Below, in pieces: positions 45,797 to 54,420 of a DNA stretch of 64,000 nucleotides (position 1 is the stretch's first letter; each line of letters begins with the position of its first letter). The notes beneath the pieces are model-generated. The model saw only the letters and a list, made by a program, of their open reading frames with translations. It was not told where the DNA came from and did not search any database. The position numbers and the translations under genes are program-made. Origin of the DNA: an uncultured Gammaproteobacteria bacterium (GTDB lineage: Bacteria; Pseudomonadota; Gammaproteobacteria; Steroidobacterales; Rariloculaceae). Location: assembly GCA_964466315.1 (NCBI GenBank), contig CAYXNS010000001.1, positions 11,255 to 75,254 of the forward strand. The letters run 5' to 3'.

Positions 45797-46798
45797 TCAC
45801 TCGGGAGTGATCGGGCGGCGCATCAGCGCGATGACGGCTTCCTGGGGGCTCATGCCCTCGTAGATGACCTTGTAGATTTGTTCGACGATCGGCATCTCGA
45901 CATTCAGGTGGGCGGCGACGTCGTGCACGGCGAGGGCGGCATAGTAACCTTCCACGGTTTGACCGATCGTCTTGCGCGCTTCCTCGATATCGGCGCCTTT
46001 GGCGAGGTCGAGACCGAAGCGTCGGTTACGAGATTGATCGTCCGTACAGGTGAGCACGAGATCCCCCATTCCCGAGAGTCCCATGAAAGTATCCTTTTGG
46101 GCGCCGAGCGCCAATCCCAGGCGCATCATCTCCATGAGGCCGCGCGTCACCAGCGCTATTCTGGTATTGGCGCCGAATCCGAGCCCGTCGGATATTCCAG
46201 CACCGATCGCCAGGACGTTCTTCGTGGCACCGCCGACCTCGACGCCGACGACGTCCGTTGACGTGTAGGCGCGAAAGTTGTCCGTCGCCATAGATTGGGC
46301 GAATCTGAGCGCATAGTCTTCATCCCGGGAAGCGATAGTGATTGCGCTCGGTAGCCCCAATCCGACTTCCGCAGCAAATGTCGGCCCCGACAGTACGGCT
46401 GTCGTGGCCTTTGACCGGAGTACCTCGTCGGCAACCTGATGCGGCAACAATCCGGTCTCGGCTTCGAAGCCTTTCGTCGCCCAGGAGACGTACTCGGGCG
46501 GTGAGGGCAAGGACTTACATCGTTCCAACATTTCACGAAACGCGTGGCTTGGCACGACGATCAGTAGATCCTTCGCGCCCGCGACGGCTACTTCGAACTC
46601 GGTTGTGACTTCGAGTTTGTCCGGAAACTCGACGTCAGGAAGATAGGTTGCGTTTTGGCGGGCCTTCGCCATCGCCTTAATCTCGTGCGTCTCGATGCCC
46701 CACATGATCGTCGGGCGTCCCGCACGCGCTAGCTGCACGGCCAGTGCCGTTCCCCAGGAGCCGGATCCTAAGACTGCAATGCGATCATTCGCGTTGAT
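45797..46798 (-). CDS. gpsA: NAD(P)H-dependent glycerol-3-phosphate dehydrogenase (non-canonical start inferred)
   Basis: The homology includes RIAVLGSGSWGTALA, which is encoded upstream of the first in-frame ATG/GTG/TTG (GTG 46738). ATC at 46798 lies 8 nt after GAGG. The 5' end is uncertain. Confidence 0.85.
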   Translation of the reverse strand: MNANDRIAVLGSGSWGTALAVQLARAGRPTIMWGIETHEIKAMAKARQNATYLPDVEFPDKLEVTTEFEVAVAGAKDLLIVVPSHAFREMLERCKSLPSPPEYVSWATKGFEAETGLLPHQVADEVLRSKATTAVLSGPTFAAEVGLGLPSAITIASRDEDYALRFAQSMATDNFRAYTSTDVVGVEVGGATKNVLAIGAGISDGLGFGANTRIALVTRGLMEMMRLGLALGAQKDTFMGLSGMGDLVLTCTDDQSRNRRFGLDLAKGADIEEARKTIGQTVEGYYAALAVHDVAAHLNVEMPIVEQIYKVIYEGMSPQEAVIALMRRPITPE

Positions 46799-46827
46799 CG
46801 GTCTCGCCTCAAACTGGATCGACCAGC

Positions 46828-47313
46828 CTAGTGAGTGCTCGGCGGTTGCTGCACCGGTTCTCCGCCACCGTCGTTACGTTCTTTTACGGCCTGCGCGTAC
46901 AAGGCATCGAAATTGATCGGCTGCAACAGCAACTGCGGGAAGCCGCCGCGCGTAACGAGATCCGAGATGGCCTCTCGAGCGAAGGGATAAAGCGTGCCCG
47001 GGCAGTAGCTGCCCAGCAGCATCTCCTGCTCCTCGCGCGAGTAACCCTGCATACGAAACAACCCGGCCTGCTCTATCTCGATGATGAAAAGCGTTTCGTC
47101 CTTATCGATTGCTTCGACCGTCAGGGTCAGGAGGACCTCTTGCGTATCCGGTGCGACTTCCATGGCGCCCGACTTGATGTTGAGCCGTGTCTGTGGGGAT
47201 ACTTCGCTGGAGAATACTGCTGGTGCTTTAGGAGACTCGAACGAAAGATCTTTGATATAGATCTTCTGCATGAGCAGTTGTTTCTCTGTATTAGTCTGAC
47301 TTTCTTCTGCCAT
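46828..47313 (-). CDS. secB: Protein-export chaperone SecB
   Basis: 161 aa, LLMQKIYIKDLSFESPKAP... Confidence 0.95.
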   Translation of the reverse strand: MAEESQTNTEKQLLMQKIYIKDLSFESPKAPAVFSSEVSPQTRLNIKSGAMEVAPDTQEVLLTLTVEAIDKDETLFIIEIEQAGLFRMQGYSREEQEMLLGSYCPGTLYPFAREAISDLVTRGGFPQLLLQPINFDALYAQAVKERNDGGGEPVQQPPSTH

Positions 47314-47347
47314 GATATTCCTTCGTTCGATGAGAATTCCTAAACGC

Positions 47348-47767
47348 TCACTTAACTAGCGGCAGGTTGTCGGCTTGCCATCCCCTGAGCCCACCTTTGA
47401 GGCTGAAAGATTTATCGTACCCGGCTTGACGCAATAGATTCGCTGCCTTACCAGAACTCGAACCATCGTCACAGACAGTCAGGAGGGTCTTGGTCTTCTG
47501 TTTCTTCGTGAGGACCTTATCGGAGCTCAGATCGTCGAGAGCGATGTTACGCGAGTTGACGATATGCCCTGATTTATACGACTCCGACGACCGCACATCG
47601 ATGATCATCGCACCCTCGTTGATCAGATTTACCGAGTCCGTGGTAGTCATGTTCGTCAGTGATTGCGCTTTCAACCGCAGCTCATAGACCATGACAAGAA
47701 TCCAGGCCCCGAAAAGACCGGAGACGAGAAGAAGATGGTCTGTGGCGAATTCGGCCAGTTGAGCCAT
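47348..47767 (-). CDS. Membrane-anchored rhodanese-domain protein (YibN-like)
   Basis: From the internal ATG 47767: a TM helix followed by a rhodanese fold with the active-site loop CDDGSSSG. The longer tracked ORF is an unsupported extension. Confidence 0.8.
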   Translation of the reverse strand: MAQLAEFATDHLLLVSGLFGAWILVMVYELRLKAQSLTNMTTTDSVNLINEGAMIIDVRSSESYKSGHIVNSRNIALDDLSSDKVLTKKQKTKTLLTVCDDGSSSGKAANLLRQAGYDKSFSLKGGLRGWQADNLPLVK

Positions 47768-47872
47768 TGGCGTACCTTTTGCCTGACGAGTGAAGCGGCG
47801 CGGCATTATAGCAGCCGAAGCTTTTCCTCCGGTTCCCCGGGCGCCCTCGAAAGGATTAGACTGCGTCTCGTC

Positions 47873-49030
47873 GTGACGTCCAATCGCCGCCATCGCCGAT
47901 TCATCGGCATCTGTCTGGTCTCGTTGCTTCCGGCCGGCTTCGACCCTGCCCGCGCACAGGACGATGAAGCAGCGGCACTGTACGAGGTCCAGAGCGAGAT
48001 TCGCGAGCTCGAGGATCGCCTCGCGGGCCAACAAGCGAAGCGGGAGGCTGGTTGGCGCGCGCTCAGGGACGCCGAAGTTGCTGCAGCTACGGCAGTGGGT
48101 GCGTTACGGGATATCCGCGAGCAGCTCTCTACGCAGCGCGGGCGCCAGCAGGAGCTCGTTGAGGAGAGTCGCCTTGCGACGGTGCGGCTCGACCACGAGC
48201 GTGATGCGATGGCGCAGCAAGTCCGAATGAGCTATGTCACGGGCCGGCAGGAAGCGTTGAAGCTACTCTTGAATCAGGAAAGCCCCGAGCAATTGGGACG
48301 CATGGTCGTTTACTACGACTATCTCAATCGGGCTCGCAGCCGACGGGTCGAGGTCATCGAGACGGAGCTCGCGACGTTAACGCAGTTAGAGAAGGAGACC
48401 GTACAGGTCGCCGGCGATCTCAGGCGTCTCGAGGTGACCCAGGCTACCGAGGTCGACAAACTGGAGTCATCACGGAACGATCGGCGAGCCGTGCTCGCGA
48501 GCCTAGAGCAGGACATTGCCGCATCAGACGAAGAGATGCGGCGGCTGCGAGCCGAATCGCAACGCCTCGGAGACCTCGTCGCGGAGATCGAGAAATCGCC
48601 GGAACTGTTCCCGCCAGAAGCACTGGGGGGTTTTCCGAGTGTCGAAGGCGAACTCGAATGGCCCGTTGCAGGTTCGCTGATCAGTGATTTCGGGGACGCA
48701 CGCGCCGGTGGGCAGCTCCGCTGGAACGGCATCGTCATCGATGCGCCGGGCGGTACAGCCGTGCAGGCCGTCTACTATGGGCGCGTGGCGTATGCGGACT
48801 GGCTGCCGGGTCTCGGCCTGTTAATCATTCTCGATCACGGTGCCGGATACATGAGCCTCTACGGGCATAATGAGGCACTGTTGAAAGTAGCGGGCGATTG
48901 GGTTGTGCTCGGGGAGACGATAGCTCACGTGGGCGACTCCGGTGGCCAGACTCGGACGGCGCTGTATTTCGAGATTCGCCGAGATGGAGAGCCCATCGAT
49001 CCGCATCGCTGGATGGCCCGGGATCCGTGA
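47873..49030 (+). CDS. envC: Murein hydrolase activator EnvC (coiled coil plus LytM/M23 domain)
   Basis: Signal-like RRFIGICLVSLLPAGFDPARA, a long coiled coil and the C-terminal M23 domain (LIILDHGAGYMSLYGHN). The GTG 47873 start is inferred. Confidence 0.85.
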   Translation: MTSNRRHRRFIGICLVSLLPAGFDPARAQDDEAAALYEVQSEIRELEDRLAGQQAKREAGWRALRDAEVAAATAVGALRDIREQLSTQRGRQQELVEESRLATVRLDHERDAMAQQVRMSYVTGRQEALKLLLNQESPEQLGRMVVYYDYLNRARSRRVEVIETELATLTQLEKETVQVAGDLRRLEVTQATEVDKLESSRNDRRAVLASLEQDIAASDEEMRRLRAESQRLGDLVAEIEKSPELFPPEALGGFPSVEGELEWPVAGSLISDFGDARAGGQLRWNGIVIDAPGGTAVQAVYYGRVAYADWLPGLGLLIILDHGAGYMSLYGHNEALLKVAGDWVVLGETIAHVGDSGGQTRTALYFEIRRDGEPIDPHRWMARDP

Positions 49031-49148
49031 GATACGCTGTAATGGGGCGCGGCGTTATCGCTACATATTAAGGTAATCCGCCGATACACCGGCCTCCCCG
49101 GCTATGCTAAGGTGCTCAAAAGAACACCGTGGGGGTGATGACTACCGC

Positions 49149-50387
49149 ATGTCTCTGAAAGTCAGAAGCGTATTGGTCCTCGTCGTGGGCACCGTTCTCG
49201 GTCTCACCGTCTCGCTCGGCAGTAATCTGCTGAGTGAGCGACAGTCGCGACAGGAATACAGCAGCAGCTCAGTGAGTATGCAGGATGTGCGGCTCCTGGC
49301 CGAAGTCCTGGAACGTGTTCGGCGTGAGTACGTTGACGTCATCGATGATAGCCAGCTGATCGAGAGTGCGATTCGTGGTGTTATCGGCGAACTCGACTCC
49401 CACTCCCGATATCTTGGGCCGGAGGATTACGAAGAGATCCAGATAAGTACCACCGGGAACTACACGGGCGTGGGGCTCGACGTCAGCCTCGAAGAGGGCC
49501 GAGTCATCGTCGTAACACCACTCGACGACACGCCGGCCCAACGAGCCGGAATCTTGCCGGGCGACATGGTCGTCTCCGTCGATGACATTCCCGTGGATGA
49601 GGATTACGTCGAAGACACCATCGGCCGGATGCGTGGCCAACCCGGGACTGGAGTCACGGTCGGTGTGGTTCGGGACGGTGAAGCCGAGCCACTTCGTTTT
49701 GCGCTGGTTCGTTCCGAGATTCAGGTAAAGACCGTTCGCAGTGAGTATCTCGGTGATGGTTTCGCCTACATCAGGCTCACTGGGTTCTCCGATAGTACTG
49801 CCGATGACATGACGGTCGCTGCGACAGAGCTTCAAGCACAGGCGGAGAATCAGCTTCAGGGCCTCGTGTTGGATCTTCGCAATAATCCGGGCGGTGTCCT
49901 GGATGCGGCCATAGATGTTGCCGATGTGTTTCTTGACCGCGGGCTGATAGTTCGCGGCACCGGCCGGGTTCGCGACTCCCGCTTCGAACACTTCGCGGAT
50001 CAAGGCGACGTTCTGCGCGGCGTCGAGCTGGCGGTTCTGGTCAATGGCGGCTCTGCTTCCGCCTCGGAAATCGTTGCCGGGGCACTCAAGGATAACGATC
50101 GAGCCGAACTCGTCGGCGAAACGACCTATGGCAAGGGTTCCGTGCAGACCGTTATACCGCTCACGGCCGGCCACGCGATCAAACTAACGACAGCCAGATA
50201 TCTGACGCCGAGCGGGCGGTCGATCAACGGTACGGGCATCGAGCCGGATCTCGTCGTCCATGCACGACATCCTCGAGAGCAGTATGGTCGCGCAGGCAGC
50301 ATGATCGAACCCAGTGAGGACAATCAGCTTCTGGAGGCGCTTCGTGTCATCGGCTTCGATCCGGTAGAGCTCAGCAGGGCCCCGTGA
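49149..50387 (+). CDS. ctpA: Carboxy-terminal processing protease (S41)
   Basis: TM/signal segment, PDZ domain (GDMVVSVDD) and the catalytic context GGSASASEIVAGAL...YGKGSVQ. Confidence 0.92.
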   Translation: MSLKVRSVLVLVVGTVLGLTVSLGSNLLSERQSRQEYSSSSVSMQDVRLLAEVLERVRREYVDVIDDSQLIESAIRGVIGELDSHSRYLGPEDYEEIQISTTGNYTGVGLDVSLEEGRVIVVTPLDDTPAQRAGILPGDMVVSVDDIPVDEDYVEDTIGRMRGQPGTGVTVGVVRDGEAEPLRFALVRSEIQVKTVRSEYLGDGFAYIRLTGFSDSTADDMTVAATELQAQAENQLQGLVLDLRNNPGGVLDAAIDVADVFLDRGLIVRGTGRVRDSRFEHFADQGDVLRGVELAVLVNGGSASASEIVAGALKDNDRAELVGETTYGKGSVQTVIPLTAGHAIKLTTARYLTPSGRSINGTGIEPDLVVHARHPREQYGRAGSMIEPSEDNQLLEALRVIGFDPVELSRAP

Positions 50388-50493
50388 TAGTGGGCCGAGG
50401 CAGATGTCGCCACCTGGCCTCACCTAGTCACCCGGACCCTCAGCAAGAACTCTTTAGCGCAGCGTAGCGGCACGAGATCTTTCTGGTTATACC

Positions 50494-51346
50494 GTGTGCC
50501 AAGACCCGTTCGAGAGAGGACTCGATATCAAGCAGGCGCAGCTCCGAGGGGTTGCGCGCAGCATCGCCGAGGTTGAATGGTTACTTCTCGCTCTTGTGAT
50601 GCTGTATCTATTCGTCACAGCTCCGGAGTACGTGAGCCGGATCTCCGTGATCAGAAGTCTCCTCATCTTCGCCGGGCTCGTGCTCGCGTTCCGACTGGCT
50701 CCGGGGCTGCGAGAGCACACGCTCTTCAAGATTACGCTCGAGACCCCGGTTATGGTCGCGTTCCTAACGGCGATATTCTTTCAGACTGGTGGGGAGGCGA
50801 GCCCGTTCGTTAACCTCTATCTACTGCCGATAATTGCTGCCTCTCTTGCGTTGGGTAAGCGCGCAACCGTACTCGTCGTCCTGTTGGTCTCGGGTTGCTA
50901 TTTCATGCTGGCGATTCTCCGAGGGGGCGTCGAGGTGATGTCACCAGCGCTGGCATCTAAAGCGGCGGGAGTTCTCGCGCCATTCTTTCTGGTCGCGTTC
51001 TTGACGACTATGCTCGCCGACAATATTCAGACAGCGAAGCGCAGGATTCGCTCGCTCTCCGACCGAGATGAGTTAACGAATATCTACAATATCGGCGCCT
51101 TCATGCGGCTCGCGGAGGCGGAACACGCGCAATCGTTGCGAACGGAACGGCCTTACGCTCTTCTCATGGTCGACGCTCGAAGCCGGGCCAAAGATGGTAC
51201 GAGTCAACGTCAGCGTAGGAGCCGCGAGCTATCCTGTCGACGGCGAAAATATCGAGGCGCTCATGAAGTCGGCCGATCGAGCCATGTATAGAGATAAAGA
51301 GTTGCGTCAGACTCCGAAGGACCAGTTGATCGTACAGAAGACCTGA
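50494..51346 (+). pseudogene. Membrane GGDEF sensor gene with an internal deletion and frameshift that remove the GGDEF active site
   Basis: The N-terminal multi-TM region and the start of the GGDEF domain (RDELTNIYNIGAF...RPYALLMVD) are in frame 1. The domain end (VRVNVSVGAASYPVDGENIEALMKSADRAMYRDKE, stop 51344-51346) is in another frame. The roughly 80-100 codons normally between them are missing. Confidence 0.75.
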
Positions 51347-51355
51347 GTGATCTGA

Positions 51356-51646
51356 ATGAAGAAACAGCAGTCGAAGCCGGTGCTGGCGTTCATTGTCGCC
51401 GTGATCTTTCCTGGTTGCTCGCCTTCACCGCCCGACAGCATTTTGGTTCAAACGGCGGATCTGGTTCTGCGTGGGGGCAGGATCGTCACACTCGATTAGG
51501 AAGACATCAAAGGATCATTGGGCGTCGGCAAGCTCGCCAACATCGTCGTGTTATCGCAGGATATCCTGACGGTTCCGGACACGGAAGTGCTGTACACGAT
51601 CAGCGGCGGCGATGTGAAATATCAAGCCGATCAGGTTGAGTCGTAA
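51356..51646 (+). pseudogene. Amidohydrolase (Amidohydro_3/YtcJ-like) remnant: the N- and C-termini are joined at an in-frame TAG
   Basis: MKKQQSKPVLAFIVAVIFPGCSPS...ADLVLRGGRIVTLD, then TAG (51497-51499), then EDIKGSLGVGKLANIVVLSQDILTVPDTEVLYTISGGDVKY. Only the two ends of an enzyme that is normally about 500-600 aa are present. Confidence 0.7.
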
Positions 51647-51658
51647 GTGCGGGCGACT

Positions 51659-51964
51659 ATGAGACGCGGACAGGAGTCCGGCACGGGTGCCGCGGCGGTT
51701 ATCGTCGGCATGATCTTATTCGGGTGCGCAGAGCCGTCACCGCGATCGTTGCCGGTAACAGCCGTACTGCAATGCTCGGACCCGCGCCCCGAGATTTGTA
51801 CCCTGGAATACCTTCCCGTATGCGCAGTTCGCGACACCGGTGTCCGCTGCGCGACTACTCCATGTGAATCGACGGAACTTGCAACCTATAGCAATGCGTG
51901 CTCGGCTTGCAATGATCCCACCGTGCTCGGCCATTCCGAAGGCGCCTGTGAGGCGTTGCAGTGA
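51659..51964 (+). CDS. Kazal-like cysteine-rich lipoprotein (putative protease inhibitor)
   Basis: Lipobox LFGC followed by CTLEYLPVCA...TYSNACSAC...GAC, which resembles the Kazal C-x-EY-x-PVC...TY-x-N-x-C spacing with an extra Cys pair. Confidence 0.5.
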   Translation: MRRGQESGTGAAAVIVGMILFGCAEPSPRSLPVTAVLQCSDPRPEICTLEYLPVCAVRDTGVRCATTPCESTELATYSNACSACNDPTVLGHSEGACEALQ

Positions 51965-52025
51965 ATCGAGTACACTCAATCGATGTGTTCCAGGAGACTT
52001 CCAGGCTGTACACATTGACTATATC

Positions 52026-53036
52026 GTGATTCGAAATGCGCTTACTCTTTCCGGATTACTGGCTTTGTCCGTCGGTTCGCAGCTTGCCATCGCGCAAGTC
52101 CCGGAGTTTTCGGTTTGGCTCGAAGCACTACGTGCCGAAGCGATCGAAGCAGGAATCTCGGCCGCGACCGTCGGCGAGGCGCTCGCAGGTGTGTTGCCGG
52201 TCGAACGCGTCACGGAGCTGGACCGGAACCAGCCCGAGTTCAGACTCGACTTCTGGGGATATCTGGACCGTGTTGTGTCCAACACGCGGATCGACCAGGG
52301 ACGCGCTCATCTCGCGGAGCATAGTGAGATGCTGGAGGATGTCGCGTCGCGCTACGGCATTCCACCACAGGTGCTCGTCGCGGCATGGGCTATCGAGAGC
52401 AACTTCGGACGGACACAGGGAAGTTTTTCCGTGATCAGTGCGCTCGTCACGTTAGCGTACGATGAGAGGCGAGCGGCGTTTTTTCGCGCCGAGCTACTGC
52501 ATGCGTTGAGAATATTGGATGAGGGGCATATAAGCCTCGAAAATATGCTGGGATCCTGGGCAGGAGCGATGGGCCAGTTGCAGTTCATGCCCTCGACATT
52601 CATCGACTATGCCAGGGATGGGGATGGCGACGGCCGTAAGGATATCTGGACTAACGAGGCAGACGCGGTCGAGTCGGCCGCGAACTTCATGGCGAGAGCG
52701 GGGTGGCAGCCCGGCTATATCTGGGGACGACAAGTCACGCTACCCGAGGCTTTCGACACCGAGATGGAAGGACTGGACACGAGCAAACCGCTCGCCGAGT
52801 GGCAGTCTCTTGGTGTGCGCACGATCTCCGGTGCGGATCTGCCCGCTGTCGATATCTCGGGCTCGGTCGTGCTGCCGTCCGACGATATCGAGCCGGCGTT
52901 TCTTGTCTATCAGAACTACCGGACGATCATGCGTTGGAACCGCTCCCATCTATTCGCGATCTCGCTTGGGCACCTGGCGGACCGTATCTCCGGAAAGCCG
53001 CGGCTGCAAAACAACCACAGTGACGCTTCGGACTGA
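52026..53036 (+). CDS. mltB: Lytic murein transglycosylase (MltB/Slt2 family)
   Basis: Catalytic-Glu context WAIESNFGR, MGQLQFMPSTF and the Ca-loop-like DGDGDGRKDIW. A GTG 52026 start gives a signal peptide. Confidence 0.88.
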   Translation: MIRNALTLSGLLALSVGSQLAIAQVPEFSVWLEALRAEAIEAGISAATVGEALAGVLPVERVTELDRNQPEFRLDFWGYLDRVVSNTRIDQGRAHLAEHSEMLEDVASRYGIPPQVLVAAWAIESNFGRTQGSFSVISALVTLAYDERRAAFFRAELLHALRILDEGHISLENMLGSWAGAMGQLQFMPSTFIDYARDGDGDGRKDIWTNEADAVESAANFMARAGWQPGYIWGRQVTLPEAFDTEMEGLDTSKPLAEWQSLGVRTISGADLPAVDISGSVVLPSDDIEPAFLVYQNYRTIMRWNRSHLFAISLGHLADRISGKPRLQNNHSDASD

Positions 53037-53232
53037 GGCCGGCGCTTCGGCGCTCATGGCATTGACCGCCTTCCCATGCAGGCATACAGTGCTTGGATCG
53101 CCTCCGGGCGGTGTTTGGCGATGACCGGCTGGAACAACTAAAACGGACACTGGCCGGTGTGTCTGGCAGTCGGTCTCACGCCGTTGATCGACCCGCTGTT
53201 TTCGGGGAGAAACGGCGTGAAAATTGGTGTCA

Positions 53233-53484
53233 ATGAATATCTACGTCGGAAATCTGTCCTACTCGCTTAGTGAATCTGAACTCCGTGATGCATTCGCGGC
53301 TTACGGTGAAGTTTCCTCGGTAAGGGTGTTGATGGATCGGGAGACAGGGCGGTCTCGAGGCTTCGGCTTCGTCGAAATGCCGAACCAGAACGAAGCGGAG
53401 ACCGCTGTCGCCGAAATCAATGGCAAAGAGGTGGGCGGAAGACCTCTGCGTGTGAACGAAGCTCGGCCGCGAGAAGCACGTTAG
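53233..53484 (+). CDS. RRM-type RNA-binding protein
   Basis: 83 aa with RNP2 IYVGNL and RNP1 RGFGFVEM. Confidence 0.88.
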   Translation: MNIYVGNLSYSLSESELRDAFAAYGEVSSVRVLMDRETGRSRGFGFVEMPNQNEAETAVAEINGKEVGGRPLRVNEARPREAR

Positions 53485-53512
53485 GCACAAGGGGCGGCAA
53501 CCAGAACGGGCT

Positions 53513-53534
53513 GAACTCACTCTCGACTGAGTTC
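53513..53534 (+). terminator. Hairpin after the RRM gene
   Basis: GAACTCA-ctctcgac-TGAGTTC, a 7-bp stem with no T-run. Confidence 0.3.
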
Positions 53535-53640
53535 TCGCTCCAATACTCGATCCCTCATAGCCGCGGCTAAGGCTGTGGTCCCTCGGCTGCGTCGCTATAA
53601 TATTCGGCCGGCCGGAAGAACCTACGCAGATAGTGACAGC

Positions 53641-53838
53641 ATGATCTATTTAAAGTGGATACAGAGCGAACTCGCAACCCTCAAAATGGACGCGCTATAT
53701 ACCGAAGTTGACGAGGATGGCTGGGTTCAGAGGGAAATCGGTGTCTGTTCCCAAGGCCTAGTCATCCATCAACTCACGCCGAGCACGGGCCGCCCAGGCT
53801 GGTTCGGACTCGCGCGCCTGTCCCCCGCCTTATGTTAA
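53641..53838 (+). CDS. Small hypothetical protein, DUF6881-like, possibly frameshifted at its 3' end
   Basis: MIYLKWIQ...LYTEVDEDGWVQREIGV resembles the DUF6881 N-terminus (recalled from memory). A different frame just downstream reads SKMEFEAFWAAGRSGI-stop, which looks like the missing C-terminus. Confidence 0.35.
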   Translation: MIYLKWIQSELATLKMDALYTEVDEDGWVQREIGVCSQGLVIHQLTPSTGRPGWFGLARLSPALC

Positions 53839-53948
53839 ATAGTAACGTGTCGAAAATGGAGTTTGAGGCGTTCTGGGCCGCTGGTCGCAGCGGCATCTGA
53901 CGACGGTCGACTCCCGATAAGAACCTACACGGCACGGAGGATCGGCCC

Positions 53949-54299
53949 GTCGACATCTACCATCTCTGGTGCAATCTTGAGGACGGCGTCAGCGACACCG
54001 AGTTCGCGAGGGATGTCGGTGCCTATCTCGATCACCTGAAATCTCAGGGGCAACTTGAGGGCTTTCGTGTGACGCGACGGAAGCTCGGACTCGGCGGACG
54101 GCATCTCGGTGAGTTTCATATCACGATGGAGTTCGAGAGCCTGGCGCACCTCGACGATACGTTTCAACAAGTCGCGCAACGCACCGACCCGATCGAGAGT
54201 TTTCATCACACCGTCACGTCCAAAGTGAAGGACCTATCGTTCGCCCTGTACCGTGATTTCCCCGATGCTGTCCGGGAGACCGGACAGGAGCGATTCTGA
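53949..54299 (+). pseudogene. DUF6614-like protein gene whose expected start codon reads GTC
   Basis: The frame reads (V)DIYHLWCNLEDGVSDTEFARDVGAYLDHLKSQGQLEGFRVTRRKLGLG...LYRDFPD. GGAGGA sits 7 nt upstream of codon GTC 53949. The first canonical start (GTG 54069) would remove the first 40 residues of the recognisable homology. Confidence 0.5.
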
Positions 54300-54317
54300 C
54301 GTTACAATCCTAAGTTC

Positions 54318-54394
54318 GCGCCCGTAGCTCAGTTGGATAGAGTGCCGGCCTCCGAAGCCGAAGGTCACAGGTTCGAATCCTGTCGGGCGCGCCA
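54318..54394 (+). tRNA. tRNA-Arg (anticodon CCG), CCA encoded
   Basis: Cloverleaf read by hand: acceptor GCGCCCG/CGGGCGC, D arm GCTC..GAGT, anticodon loop CTCCGAA (CCG), T arm ACAGG-TTCGAAT-CCTGT. It is nearly identical to my recollection of E. coli argX. Confidence 0.92.
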
Positions 54395-54420
54395 TGGGTC
54401 CATGGGTCCATGGGTCCATT
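54392..54420. repeat. 8-bp tandem repeat (CCATGGGT) x3.5 that starts inside the tRNA CCA end
   Basis: ccatgggt ccatgggt ccatgggt ccatt, read directly from the sequence. Confidence 0.95.

Noticed and set aside
47314-47347. Absence of grxC between the yibN-like gene and secB (E. coli has yibN-grxC-secB-gpsA).
   Set aside because: This is only a synteny difference. The 34-bp spacer shows no remnant, and grxC may be encoded elsewhere.
54392-54420. The tandem repeat, considered as a CRISPR array or mini-array.
   Set aside because: The units are 8 bp and contiguous with no spacers. No cas genes are present in the window.
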